DNA of 63,561 nucleotides, the filler included, from Chiloscyllium plagiosum (lineage: Eukaryota), in assembly GCF_004010195.1 (NCBI RefSeq). It is 3 parts of one record of this genome, joined end to end, with 100 filler letters (N's around TTAATTAATTAA, not from the genome) between each part and the next. Parts side by side here need not be neighbours in the genome. Positions count along the whole stretch, not along the records: positions 1 to 28,337 come from NC_057717.1; 2 more parts are not named here. One strand, 5' to 3'. Shown here one piece after another: positions 1 to 13,545 of this stretch; position 1 is the first letter of the stretch; each line of letters opens with the position of its first letter. Under the pieces are notes generated by a model, which did not search any database, was not told the DNA's origin, and worked only from the letters and a program-made list of their open reading frames with translations. Position numbers and translations under genes: made by a program.

Positions 1-289
1 GCTTTGCAAAATGTGCACACAAATGCCAATGACCTGTCATACGTGAGAATTCCTGAGCTGGAGGGCAGCTCTACAAGCTGCATTAAATCCACCCATACAT
101 TGTACAAGCTCCCAGATACGAGATCTCTGGTGGCCCCCAACCTCATGGAAGGAGCGCGGAAAGCTCAACAATCTGATCCTCGGGAAGAACAGACAGCTGG
201 GTCCACCTTGGCGCTAAAGGATCCCCTGCTGTCAACCGGCTAGTGCACATCGATGACCGTATCATTTGCCCCGAAGCCTACTTGCACGT

Positions 290-960
290 CCAGGCACCAG
301 CAGCCCATGGTGTTTGTCACGCAGGGAAGAGGGGAATGATACAACTGTAAGACAGGCCTGGTATGCATTGAATTCGCAGCTGCTGCATAAATACTATGTC
401 ATATGCCTGCAAAGCAAAGCAGACACGCCCGTGGCAAGGTACGACTAGTTGCCCATTCCTAAGGGACCCTTCACTCACCTCCCAATTGACTCTGCCACAT
501 GCCAACTAAATAGGGTTTCAATGCAGCCCAGACATCCTGGACATGTTTTCCAACTAGGTGGAATCATTCACCACAAGAAAGGAGGATGACAGAACATTGG
601 TTAAATGTCTCATGAGGGATGTTACCCCCAGATTCGTAATTCCTGGTATCATTAATAGTGAGAAAGGGTCACACTTTACCTCAACAGTTAGAGTAGGTAT
701 GAGTAAGGCACTGGGAAATACCACATCCCTTATCAGCCCCAGCCCTCAGGCATGGTTGAATGGATGAATGGCGCACTTGAAACTACCTTGACGAAAATTA
801 CCCAACAGACAGTTCTATCTTGGACAGAGGCCTTCCCTTTGTCCCTGGACACCTTACGGTGGCAGGTGAACCAGATCATGGAGCTTTCCTTATTTGAGGT
901 TCATATGGGCAAAACAAAGCTAACACAAAAGTGCCTGCTGGACTAGGTCCACGCATTCAG
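290..960 (+). mobile_element. Degenerate retroviral integrase fragment (ERV pol remnant)
   Basis: HGVCH-like zinc-finger region near 307. ORF 558-767 reads VESFTTRKEDDRTLVKCLMRDVTPRFVIPGIINSEKGSHFT (cf. WVEAFPT..IIPRFGIP..I.SDNG.HFT). ORF 752-946 reads VEWMNGALETTLTK..LSWTEAFPL..LSLFEV. Stops and frameshifts are present. Confidence 0.8.
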
Positions 961-1198
961 TAAAATAATCGTCCATAACTTACTCCGAGTAGAAAACAGT
1001 CATGTCCAATCCCCACAATGAGCCACCTGGCGACGACGTAATGATGAAATCGTTTGAAAATGCATCTCACTCTCTTTCTTTCTTCCATGGATGCTGACAG
1101 TGCTGCCTAGCATCGCAAGAAATTTATGTTATTGAACAAATTTCAAAGACACGTGTCAAATCTGCTCAAACGCCCAGTCTAAAATGGAGCGCCATACC

Positions 1199-1810
1199 TA
1201 AGAACACAAGAGCTCGGAGGAGGAATGGGTCATTTGACCCTAAGAACCTATGTCGCCATTAAATAAGATCATAGCTGAACTTTTCGTGGACTCAGCTCCA
1301 CTGAGCCGCGCTGTCACCCTGTCCCATATTGCCTTTCGTTTTCAAAGAAGTATCTACCTTCGCTTTAAAAATGTTTACTGAAGTAGCGCCAACTACTTCA
1401 CGGGGCAAGGAATTCCACAGGTTCACTATCCTCTGGTTCTCAATTCACTACTAAATCTGCTCCCTTTAAACTTGAGGCTATGCCCTTGTGTCCTCGTTTC
1501 ACCCGCCAGTGGAAACATCCATTCTACCTTTATCTTCTCTATCCCTTTACAACTTTATATGTTTCTAAAGATCCCCGTCATTCTTCTATATTCCATTAAA
1601 TATCATCACAGTCTACTCAGTCTCCCCTCATAAGCGAAGCGCCTCAACTCCGGAATCAAACGAGTGAACCTTATCTGCACCCTCTCCAGTACCAGTACAT
1701 ACCTTCTCAACTAAAGAGACTGCACACAGTGCACCAGGTGTGGCCGCATTAGAACCGTGTAATTTTGCCGCAGATGCTCCTGCTTTTAAGTTCATCCCTT
1801 TAGCAATACT
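1199..1810 (-). mobile_element. CR1 LINE 3' fragment, decayed
   Basis: Reverse-strand similarity to the 3' ends of the other CR1 copies in the window (aagaaca..aga tail; ggaattccacaggttcact; tctgcaccctctccag). Confidence 0.7.
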
Positions 1811-2049
1811 CTCGGAATTGAACGCTCATATAAAGTGCACAACTTCATTGCCTTCGAAACTAGGTAAGGCCAGGCATCACTGCCACGACAGAGCTCTTAA
1901 TCATGTCCCGGGACAGAAAGAGAGGAAAACAGGTAGGATTGGAAGGGGAAATAATCAGAACAATTAAACAGTTGAATTAACATCAGTTAAACGATTTTGA
2001 TGAATGTGACAAATTGGGGTATAATACCATGGACAGACCCTCAGAAGAA

Positions 2050-3030
2050 TGGGAATCTTAAAATGGAAGTGTTACCACATCAGAAAACAGGTTTCTGGGT
2101 ATAAGGGCGATGAGTGAATGTGGGAACAAGCAGTCGATTAGTATTGCAGATATTGAAGCTAAAAGCTGAGTATCCATGTGATGCTGAAGACCGCAGCAGT
2201 ACCGACTGAATTGCATTCAAACTCGATCTGTAAAGTTTTGGTCGGAATAGTCCCTCACTCTACCATTCCCATCAAGCTGATCCATGGCTCATTACGAGTG
2301 TGGGTGAACATGCCAGTGTCAGAACTATGTGCACCTCAACATGATGAGAACCCCTTAAACCTACCGCAACTGGCTGCTTACATTCCAAACAGCAGAACTG
2401 AAGTCTGATGGAGAGGGCAAAACGATGCGAAGACCAGCAGATCAGATCTAAGCTCTGACACCCAGCCACATCCTGTCACAAATGGTGATGGACGATTTAA
2501 AAAACTTATTGGAGGAGAGGGCTTCGCAAATATTCCCAACCAAAATAATGGAACAGCCCTGTCCATCTGTGTAAAAGACAAGGATGTAGTATCTGAACCA
2601 TCCTCAGCCAGAAGTGTTGAGTGGATGATTCAACTCACCCTCCACATGATTTTCATAAAATCAGAGAGTTCAGTCTTCAGTCAATTCGATTCCCTGTACG
2701 TGACACCAAGAAACAGCTGAACACTGTAGGTATGACAAAGGCAATGGGCCCTGGCACTATTCCTGCAATAGGACTGAAGACCTGCGCTGAACAACAAGCC
2801 GTGTCAACGGAGAAGTTGTTTCATTCCATGCCCAAGTCTGATATCTACCTGGCAGTATGGAAAATTATACAGTATCTCCAATCTCCTAAGAGGAGCACGC
2901 AACATGACCAATTACCAACCCTCAGTCCCATCACGACAGTCAAACTAGTTGACGTTCTTTTTGACAAAGCTGTCAAGCAGCACAGAAATAAACTGCTCAG
3001 TGTGCTTTCCGATAGGTTGCCATATGGATA
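2050..3030 (+). mobile_element. Decayed CR1/L2-group LINE ORF2 fragment
   Basis: ORF 2621-3064 contains KAMGPGTIPAIGLKTCAEQ, resembling the pre-RT KA.GPD.IP...LK.CA.EL motif. Confidence 0.6.
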
Positions 3031-3589
3031 TAGTACAGCTGTGGAATTGTCACTGGATTACTAATCCAGATCATGCTAAAAACAGTTAACAAAATATTGG
3101 ATCTCAAATCTGGTGTCAGCAACAGTGACCCTGAAGCCAAAACCGATTGCAAAATTCAAATTGCTTTCCCAGTGTACTTTCAAGAATCAAATCTCCCATG
3201 TTTTCTTGTTCTGGCCCAAAAGTGATTCCAGACACATAGACCTGAGATTATCTCTTCCATGATCTGTGAAACAGCCAAGCAAGGCACTCAATTGTACCAA
3301 AATGCTCCGAGGTCTTAAAGGATAAAATCGGGCAGATCGCATGGCAGCAGCCTTGGGATCGGAAAAGGGAACGGGAAACACCGTCCTGTCGACCCTTCAG
3401 AGACCTCTTTCCTAACATCCGAGAGCTTGTGACAACATTTACAAAGCTTTCCCGCATTCTGCACGGAAGCACGGGGAAAGGAGTAGGACATTCAAGACAC
3501 TGAGCCTTCCTCATTCTAATTCATGGCCAAACACATTTTTCTCACACGGTGTACATATCAATTAATGTCCTTAATTATCCGAAAAATAT

Positions 3590-4270
3590 AAAAATATGAA
3601 CTGCAGTGATCCCTTCTATTCATCGAGTGTTCAGCACAATTCATGTTATTATGGCTGAACCTCCATGACCTCACTATGCACCTGCGCTCTCCCCATCCAT
3701 TTAGTGTCTTGAAATCCTTCTTTATATTTCGTGCGTTGGCTTCCACAGGCTTGCGTGGGAGAAAATTTCCCACGTTCACCAGTCTCGGAGTTGCAGAAAT
3801 GTACTCTCATCTCAATGCAAAGGGAGGTTGTCTGCACCTCATACTATGGGTCCTTTCTTTAGAAGTCGCAACCAGGGGAATTTTCATCCCTGCTTCCAAT
3901 TTGTCTCACCCTGTCAGAGTAGTATATATTTCACTGATATCTCCACTCACTTTCTTAAACCAAATGGAATATAGGTCCGGTCGAACCAAACACTGCTCCC
4001 ACAACAATCTTGTCATCCCAGAGATCATCCTTGGTCATCCTTGACTGCACTCCCTCAATGTCAGATTTGTCCTTTTTTAAGTAAGGAGACCAAAACTGCA
4101 AACAGTACCACACAACCTTCGCGATGAGGTCTCACCAAGGCCCTGTACAGCTGCAGTAAGACACACTTAATCCTGTACTCCAATCGCCTTGAAATGAATG
4201 TCAACACGTCATTTATCTACTAACTGATATTTGCTCCTGCAATATTGCTTTCAGTGTCTAGTGTATAAGA
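3590..4270 (-). mobile_element. CR1 LINE 3' fragment
   Basis: The - strand ORF 3558-3779 (NVGNFLPRKPVEANARNIKKDFK) resembles the CR1 ORF2 C-terminus. Nucleotide similarity to other CR1 copies here. Confidence 0.65.
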
Positions 4271-5069
4271 AGGAAATTATTTAAATGTTACAGGTACCCA
4301 TTTGGTGGGTTCACGGACACTGGTCAGCGTGCCAATTCCATTCCCAGTATTGACTTCTTGCTTCAGAACTCAACTGGCCTGCATGGCCCTCGGAGGTCTG
4401 TGCAGAAGAAAACAAAGGGCAAGAAGCAAAGAAAGCGCACCACGTCACATGTACCCGTATTGCTCTTCATCTGATGCATATTTGCCCATTCACTTCACTT
4501 GTCTCAATCACCTTGGAACTTGTTCACATAATCCTCACCCACTTACAATCCGACTTCATTTAGAACCATCAACAAACTGGGATAACTTGCATTCTATTCC
4601 CTCAAACAAATGTTTGAAATATATTGGGATTAACTGGGATCAAGCGCCGATCCCTGTGATACCACTTGAGATGTCAACTTCAAAAAAAATTATTCAATTC
4701 CTACTCAGTGTTTCCTGTCAGCTGTCGCTTTCTAAAACAATGTCCATATAAACACCCCGACACCATAAGATATAAGTTAGCGGACTAGGCTTGGGACTTC
4801 ATTAAAATTCATCCTGAAAATCCAAATGCATTGCATCTGTTGCTTCTCCACAATTTATCTTCAGTTGGTTTCTCAAACATAATTCAAAATTCATAAATCC
4901 ACGTTAACTTGGTGTTTGGCCGTTACTTTAATCCCAATAATTTCTCTAAAGCTGTTTACTTACTAATTTCATTATATTCATTTTTTTCTCGCCAGGTTTA
5001 CGATTCTTCATCTTGCTGGGAAATTTTGGTTGCTTGGTTCAGTTCTGTGGAGGGCAGATCTGAAACAGT

Positions 5070-6390
5070 AAGACAATAGACAATAGACAATAGACAATAG
5101 ACAATAGGTGCTGGTGAAGGCCATTCTGCCTTTCGAACCAGCACCACCATTCATTATGATCATGGCTGATCATCCTCAAGCAGTATCCTGTTCCTGCCTT
5201 ATTCGCATAACCGTTGATTTCACTATCCTTAAGAGCTCTATCCAACTCTTTCTTGAAAGTATTCAGTGACCTGGCCTCCACAGCCTTCTGGACAGTCGCC
5301 AGGGCCCTGTACAGCTGCAGAAGAAACTATTTGCTTCTATACTCAATTCCTCGTGTTATGAACGCCAGCATGCTATTAGATTTCTTCACTGCCTGCTGTA
5401 CCTGCATGCTTGCTTTCATTGACTGATGTACAAGAACATCTAGATCTCGTTGAACTGCCCCTTTACCTAACTTGACTCCATTTAGGAAGAAATTTGCCTT
5501 CCTGTTCTTGCCACCAACGTGGATAACCAACATTTATTGACATTAACCTGCATCTGCCATGCATCTGTCCACTCACCGAGCCTGTCCAGGTCTCCCTGTA
5601 ATCTCCTAACATCCTCTTCACATTTCACTCTTCCACCCAGCTTCGCATCATCAGTAAATTTGCTAATATTACTTTTAATACCATCATCTATATCATTAAT
5701 GTACATTGTAAAAAGCTGCATCCCAGCACTGATCCCTGCTGTACCCCACTGGTCACCGCCTGCCATTCCGAAAGGCAGCTCTTTGTCAGTACTCTTTGTT
5801 TCCTGTCAGCCAACTAATTCTCAATCCAAGTCAGTATTTTTCCCCCAATACCATGCGCCCTAATTTTGCTCACTAACCTCCTATGTGGTATTTTATCAAA
5901 GACTTTCTGAAAGTCCAGGTGCACTCCATCCACTGGATCTCCCTTGTCCATTTTCATAGTTACATCCTCAACAAATTCCAGAAGATTAGTCAAGCATGAT
6001 TTCCCCTTCATAAATCCATGATGACACTGACATATCCTGTTACTGCTATCCAGATGTGTCGTAATTTCATCCTTTTTAATTGACCCCAGCATATTTCCCA
6101 ACACTAAGGTCAGACTAACTGGTCGATAATTCCCTGCTTTCTCTCTCCCTCCTTTGTTAAAAAGTGGGACATCATTAGCCACCTTCCAATCCGCAGGACC
6201 TGATCCTAGATCTAAAGAACATTGGAAAATGATCACCAATGCATCCATGATTTCTAGAGCCACCTCCTTCTGTACCCTGGGATGTAGGCCATCATGACCC
6301 GGGGAGATATCAGCCTTCAGAGGTAATAGTCTCTCCAACACCATTTCTTGGTAAATATAAATTCCCTTCAGTTCAGGTCCTTCAGCCACT
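5070..6390 (-). mobile_element. CR1 LINE, 5'-truncated (RT region plus 3' tail)
   Basis: ORFs read SPGHDGLHP..NYRPVSLT..HGFMKGKSCLTNLLEF..LDFQKVFDKIPH and YINDID..SKFTDDAKLGG. Tail of (AGACAAT)n at 5070-5108. Internal deletion near 5290. Confidence 0.92.
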
Positions 6391-6609
6391 ATTACTATGG
6401 AAAAGCCACAGTTGTTCCATAGTTCTACTATTTTTCTGTTCTCCACTCTTCATTCTCTTTATTTTAGGCTATAAGGAATTTGCACTTGTCTTCCGTCATC
6501 TTTCCCGTTGGTATTCTTTAAGAAACTATTGCCTTACTCTTACAACCCTTGCTCATAACCCTTCAGAGACCCATCGATTCCTGCCTGAAGCTGCACACTA
6601 ATTGCTCTT

Positions 6610-8700
6610 CCACACGCATAGAATCACAGAAATATAGACTCTGTACCTTCAGAAATACAGCACGATCTACATTAGTCCCACTTTCCAACACGAGGTCCAG
6701 AGCCGGGTATGTTATTATGGTCATTCAAGTCCTTTTCAATGGCTCTAAAGTTATCACTGACAATGGCCCTCTCAGGAGGCATACTCCAGACCCCAACACC
6801 CTTGGGTCAAAAGATATCCTCAAATCCTCTCTAAACTTCAAACTCTTCACATCAAAAGTGTTTTGTCTTTTTCTTGGCCCTTTGAATGAAAGGAACAGCT
6901 GTTTTCTATTGCCCCATCCACCGCCCTCATAATCTTATCCTTCTGAATCACGTCCCCATCAGCCTTCTAAACTCCAAAACAAACAACCCGAGCTTATCCA
7001 GCCTCTCTCCATGGCTGTTATGCTCCATCCCAGGGAACATTCTGTTGAATCTCCTCTGCAACCCCTCCAGTGCAATTATATCCTTCCTGTAATCTGACAT
7101 GCAGAACCCCTCGCAGGAAGTCCTGTACAGCTCTTACAATCCCCGTCTTGATGAAAAAGACTATGCTCACTGATCCCTATGTCTTCTGAGACAACCTATT
7201 AAACTTTCCAGTCACGTTCAGACATCAGTGGAGAAGCACTCTCCGAGCTTTCTAGTGTGCTGACATTCATCCGTACACCCCTGCCTGGTTCCTTCTTCCA
7301 AAGTGCATCGCCTCATATTTCAAGGTTTTGCATTCCACTTGCCATTGATCTGCCTATCCGACCATTCCACCTAGCTCATCTTCCTGTTACACAAAACCTT
7401 CCTCCTCACTGTCAAACATTCGGCCAATCTTTATGTCAAACGCAAACAGACTTGTCACACTCCCCCGCAAACCTCTCTACAATCACACCCACGTCATTTA
7501 TGGAGACCACAACTAATAAGAGAAAAATCACTGATTTCTGTGGTACACCATCAGAAACTGGTCACCAGTCACACAAAGAGCCTTCCACCGTCACCCTCTG
7601 TCTCTTGCCACGAAGGCAATTTTGGGTGCAACTTGCCATATTGGGGCAGCACGGTGGCACAGTGGTTAGCACTGCTGCCTCACAGCGCCAGAGACCCACG
7701 TTCAATTCCCTCCTCAGGCAACTGTCTGTGTGGAGTGTGAACATTTTCCCCGTGTCCACGTCGGCTGACTTTGGGTGCTCCGGTTTGCTCCCACAGTCTA
7801 AAATGTGCAGGTTAGGTGAATTGGCCATGCTAAATTGCTTGTAGTGTTAGGTGAATTGGTAAAAGTAAGGGAATAGGTCTGGGTGGGTTGCTCTTCGGAG
7901 GGTCGGTATGGACTTGTTGGGCCGAAGGGCCTGCTTCCACACTGTAGGTAATCTAATCTAAGTAATTTGACCTTGATACCATGAGATGTTACTATCTTTA
8001 TCATTTTCCTGTGTGGGATTTTGTCAAAGGACTTGTTGAGAATCCATATAATCAACCTCCTTGATAAGATTTCAGTAAAATTCCTGAAGCATCACTTCTG
8101 GCAGATAAATTCAGGCTGATGAGCCCTGATCAAATATTACCTCACGTAATGAAGATCAATTTTCTCCCTCCCAATTTTCCACAATAGCTTCTGTAAAACT
8201 GATCTGATAGTTACTGACTTATCATTCCCTGGACTATCTCGGCCACTCTTCCTGTAAAGTGTGTTCTCCAGTAGTCTGGCACCTCACCTGCGAGCAGATT
8301 CAATTTGAGCATTTGCGTCAAGGCCTCTCCTCCCTTGTCTCCGTTCGCAGCCTGGGATATAACTCATCCAGACCACTTGTCCAAAGTTATACCAGCCAAA
8401 GCCTCTAATCCCTGCTCACTCCTTCCATCAATCTGTTGAAGAGCTTCCCAATCCATCTTCTTGAATTCTACACTTGCATCCTTATCCTTCCAGATAACAC
8501 AGATGTGAGGTTTTCGTGTAACCATCTGCCAGGTTTCTCTACCTTTACATACTGAATGTATCTTTGCTATCTGATGGGCCCAATTTTTCATTCATAATAT
8601 TATTCTGCTTGATGTCCTTGTCGAATATCTTGGGATTCTCCCTAACCTTGCATGCTCACACTAATCCATGTCCGTTTTAGTCATTTCCCTCTTTGTGAAT
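6610..8700 (-). mobile_element. Old, decayed CR1 interrupted by a SINE
   Basis: RT-like remnant WILNKSFDKIPHRK at 7960-8055 and CR1-like sequence on both sides of the SINE at 7643-7960. Confidence 0.6.
7643..7960 (+). mobile_element. HE1-type tRNA-derived SINE
   Basis: A box (ggtggcacagtggttagc), B-box-like gttcaattcc, conserved core ctgtctgtgtggagt, CR1-type 3' end and (taatc)n tail. Confidence 0.88.
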
Positions 8701-9059
8701 TTTCTCGGTTTCATTAAGATCACTTCTCATTCATTGTATCTCTAAAAAACACAGACCGAGTTCCCACATCAGGCAATCTTTCCATCAGAGGGATTAATCC
8801 GGAGAATGTCTATTCACCATATGTGGTCAGTATATTCTTCCTTCGGTCAGGACTCCAAAACTGCATACAGTACTCCAGGGACAGTCTCGACAAACTCTGT
8901 GTGAATGATGGAGTATATATGTACTTTTCGTAGGAGTAATTTATTGCCGATGCTGGAATTTATACTGAAAACAACGAATGCTGGAGATTACAGTGGATCA
9001 GGCAGCATCCACGAAGTTAGGGCAAGCCACCGCTTCCAATCTGGATGGGTCTTCATCAT

Positions 9060-10000
9060 CTACATTCTGATTTCCATTAAATGAAGGCAAACCTCTTTTT
9101 TGCGTTCCCATTTGCACATGTTGCTCCCAATGCCAATTGTGTTTTTTCTACTAACTCTGTGTAATTTTTTTTTAAATCCTCCTCAATATCCAAATATATC
9201 ACAGCAATTTGTTCTCCATTGTTTAGGTCTATAAGAGATAACTTCAAGCAAAAAGTTTTAAAATATAGTTTCCCATTCATAAATGCATTATCATTATCTT
9301 GAAGTGTGCTATTTATTTCGAAAGGACCAATATCACATTCGTTCTAACAGATTCCAACAGATTCCCTACTGTGGATGACAGGTTAACAGGTCTATTGTTC
9401 TCCACTCTCCCTCTTCTTCCCTTCTTGAATCGTTACAATGCATTCATAACCTTCCAAAGTAAATAAAGAAAATTACACTGAGCCCCAGTACAATCTGTAT
9501 GTCTATTGGTGCTATGTGTCAAATTTCAGAATGAAGTACATCTGATCTTTCAGACTTATCAATCCAGGTGTGTTTTGAAATACTGCCTTATCACTGATAT
9601 GAATGACTTTAGTCGTTAGTTACGCAGGTCTATTGGTCACTTGGTATTTCTGGGAGATTTTGTGGACCTTCCACCATGAAGACAGACATGAAATAACACT
9701 TTGGTTTTCCTGTAATTTCTCTGTTCTCCACAATTAGACCTCTAAATCCGCACACTCACTGATTCACATTTGACCTTTCTATCATTTTCCATTCAAGTAT
9801 TGATAATAGGTTTTCATCAGGTTTTACGTTTCTTGTTAGTTTGCATTCTTGATCTCTTTTGAATTTCCTTATCAGTTTCTTAGTCCTCTTTTGTTCCAAT
9901 GAATCCATAATATCTGGAGTTTCTTTTTCCGAGCAACATTGCTTGATCGAATCTATCTTTAACTTCTTTTGTTAATCATGCTTGAGTCATTTTTTCCTTT
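9060..10000 (-). mobile_element. Old CR1 fragment (host of the nested CR1)
   Basis: ORF 9077-9280 EQIAVIYLDIEE resembles RT V.VIYLDF.K. An endonuclease-like remnant continues at ~13550-13950 on the far side of the younger element. Confidence 0.55.
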
Positions 10001-10039
10001 TGCTATTTGCACCATGGTGGGAGGGTGGGCATGTGGATA

Positions 10040-13000
10040 ACCGTTTAAAAGAGTTACCTCCGACGTCGCGGCATCCATTCGCCAAGAGGTGCGATCGAGA
10101 AGCGAAGGAATTCTGGAAGGCGAGTCCAACCATTTAAAAGACTTACCTCAATCGTCGGGGCATCCATTTGCTGAGAGGTGCGTGGGAGGAGTGAAGGAAT
10201 TCTGGGAAGTTTTTCAGACTAATTGACAGGAGGTTTTGTGGTCAGGAACGGGACGCCCGGAACGTGTGTTGCCTCCGTGGTGCCCAGGGTCCGACATGTC
10301 GCTGATCGGGTTTACAACATTAGGAAGAGGGAGGGTGAGCAACCAGAAATCGTGGTGTATGTTTGCACCAATGATATAGCTAGGAAAGGGTTTGAGGATC
10401 TGAAAAGTGACCACAGAGAGTTAGGTTGGAAGCTGAAGAGCAGGACGAGTGATCTCAGGTTTGTTTATGGTGCCAAGAGGTAGTGAGATGAGGAACAATC
10501 AGCGAATGCAGCTTAACACGTGGCTGCGTGGCTTGTGCGGGAGGGACGGCTTCAGATACCTAGACCATTGGGATACCTTTTGTGGAAGGGGGGACCTGTA
10601 CATGAAGGACGGGTTGCACCTGGATTGATGGAACACCAATGTCCTGGGTGAGACGTTTGCTCCAGTGATTCGGTAGGCTTTAAACTAGTTTGGCAGGTTA
10701 GTGGGAATCAGAGCCACATGTCTGAGAGGGGCTCAGTTGCAGACGGGACAGTGACAGGATATATTGATTCTATCAGGAAGGTTTCTGAGGCGATGAAACA
10801 AAGGGATCGGTAAAAGTGTGTCTGCTTTCATGCAAGGAGTGTCCGAAATAAGAGTGATCAACTTAGAGCATGGATCAGTACGTGGGACTATATCGAAGTG
10901 GGTTTCAGAAGAGCAGGAATGGTTGCTTAGTGTTCCAGGGTTTCGAACCTTTAGAAAGTGGAGTGAGGGAGGGAAAAGAGGAGGGATGCAGCATTGCTAA
11001 ACAGCGTGTGCATCACAGCTACAGAAACGAAGGCTGTTGAAGATATCTTGTCTACTGAGTCAGTACGGGTGGAAGTTAAGAACAACACGGGAACAGTCAC
11101 CGCATTTTTCTACAGACGACCTAATAGCAGTAGGGAGATTGAAGATCTCATAGGCGAGCAGATTCTAGAAAAATGCAAAAGTAGCAGGGTTGTTGTCACG
11201 GGTAATTTCAACTTTCCCAATATCGACTGGAACCTCCTAAGTGCAGATGGGTTCGATGGAGCCGTTTTTGTCAGGTGTGTTCAGGAGGGTTTTCTTACTC
11301 AGTATGTAGATAGACCGACGAGGGGAGAGGCCATTTTGGATTTGGTGTTCTGCAACGAGCCAGGACAGGTGTCAAATCTAGTTGTGTGAGAACACTTTGG
11401 TGAAAGTGATCACAACTGCCTCACATTTAGCATATTTAATTGGGGAAAAGAACATTATGACGCTATCAGACAGCAGTTGGGAAATACAGACTGGAGCAAT
11501 TGTTCCACAGAAAGGGGACAGCAGATATGTGGAGATTACTTATGGAGCAGTTGTTGCGAGTGATGCACAAATTTGTTCCTCTGAAATAGGTAAGAAGGGG
11601 TAAGAATAAGGAACCTTGGATGACGAGAACAGATGAATTTCTCGTCAAAAGGAAGAAGGCAGCTTATGTAAGGTGGAGGAAGCAAGGATCTAGCGCAGCT
11701 TTAGAGGATTACAGGCTCGCTAGAAAGGAGCTCAGAATTCGACTGAGGAGATCCAGGAGAGGGCACGAAAATAACTTGGCAAGAAGGATTTGGGAGAACC
11801 CAAAGGCATTGTACGCATGTGTGAGGAATAAGAGAATTATCAGCGAAAAGGTAGGGTCGATCAGTGTTGTGTCGGGAACTTCTGTGTGGAGTCTGAGCAA
11901 AAGGGAAAGCCCTAAATGAGCTTTTCCTTCGGTTTTCCCCAAGGAAAGAGAGATTGTTGCAAATGAAAACTTGCAGGAGCTGGGATGCAGTCTTGACCAG
12001 ATCAAGATTGATGTAGTTGATGTGTTAGAAATTTTGGAAAACATTAAGATTGATAAGTCTCCAGGGCGAGATCTGATTTATCCTAGGCTGCTCTGGGAAG
12101 CGAGAAAGGAGGTTGCTAATCCGCTGGCGAGGATATGTGCCTCCTCATTCTCCACAGGAGTCGCACCGGAGGATTGGAAGGAGATAAATGTTTTTCCTCT
12201 TTTCAAGAAGTGTAATAGGAAAATCTCTGGCAATTACAAACCAGTCAGTCTTACGTCGGTGGTCAGCAAAGTTTTGGAATGCAGTCTGAGAGATAGGATT
12301 TATGACTATGTGTTAAAGCATAGTGTGATTAAGGGCTATCAGCATGGCTTTGTGAGAGGCAGGTCATGCCTCACAAATCTTATTGAGTTCTTTGAGGAGT
12401 TGTCAAGGCTGGTGGACAACGTCTGAGCAGTGGTGTGCTGTTTATGAACTTCAGCAAGGCATTTGGTAGGGTTCCCCATGGTAGGTTCATTCATAAAGTC
12501 AGGAAGTATGGGATACAGGGAGATGTGGCCATCTGGATTCAGGATTCGCTGGATGACAGAAGGCATAGAGTGGTTGTATATGGGAAGTATTCTGCCTGGA
12601 GGTCAGTGTTGAGTGAGATCCTGCAGGGCTCTGTTTTTGGGCTTCTGCTCTTTGTAATTTTTACAAATGACTTGGATGAGGAGTTTGGGTGGGGTAGTAA
12701 ATTTGCGGATGAATCAAAGGTTGGAGGTGTCGTCGATAGTATAGAGGGCAGGCTGCAGCGTGACATAGACAGGAAGCAGAGCTAGACTGAGAAATGGCAG
12801 ATGGAGTTCAAGCTGGATAAAGGCGAAGTGATGCATTTTGGAAGGTCGAACTCGAATGCTGAATACAGGATTAAAGACATGATTCTTGGCAGTGTGGAGA
12901 ACAGAGAGATCTGGGTATACAAGTGCATAGATCCCTCAAAGTTGCCACCGAAGTTGATAGAGTTGTTAAGAAAGCATAAGGCGTTTTGGCTTTCATTAAC

Positions 13001-13545
13001 AGAGGGGTCGAGTTTAAAAGCCGTGAGGTTTTGCTGCAGCTGTACAAGTCCCTGCTGAGACCACACTTGAAATATTGTGTCCAATTCTGGTGGCCCTACT
13101 ATAGAAAAGATACAGAGCCTTTGGGGAGAGTGCAAAGGAGGCTTACCAGGATGTTGCCTGGAGTGCAGGGCTTGCCTTATGAAGATAGGTTGAATAAGCT
13201 CGGACCTTTCTCTCTGGAGAGAAGGAAGAAGAGATGACACCTGATCGAGGTGTACAAATAATGAGAGGAATAGATAGAGTTAATAACCAGAGACTTTTCC
13301 CCAGGGCAGGATTGACTGGTATGAGAAGTCATAGTTTGTAGATATCAGGAGGAAGTATGAAGGAGACGTCAGAGGTAGGTTCTTTATGCAGAGAGTTGTG
13401 AAAGCATGGAATGCGTTGCCGGCTGTGATGGTGGAAGCAGAGTCATTTTTGACATTAGGAATAAACCTTGGAAAAAGGTCATGGGCCAAAGGGACTGTTC
13501 TGTGCTGTACAACTTTTCTATGTTGTATGTTCTATGTTCTATGAC
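10040..13545 (+). mobile_element. Near full-length CR1 LINE (ORF1 esterase, ORF2 APE plus RT), inactivated
   Basis: ORF1 SGNH-like EQPEIVVYVCTNDI. APE motifs FYRRPNS, GNFNFPNIDW, PTRGEAILDLV. RT motifs KSPGRD, NYKPVSLTS, QHGFVRGRSCLTNLIEFF, SKFADESK. (TTCTATG)n tail at ~13515-13545. Many stops and frameshifts. Confidence 0.95.
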
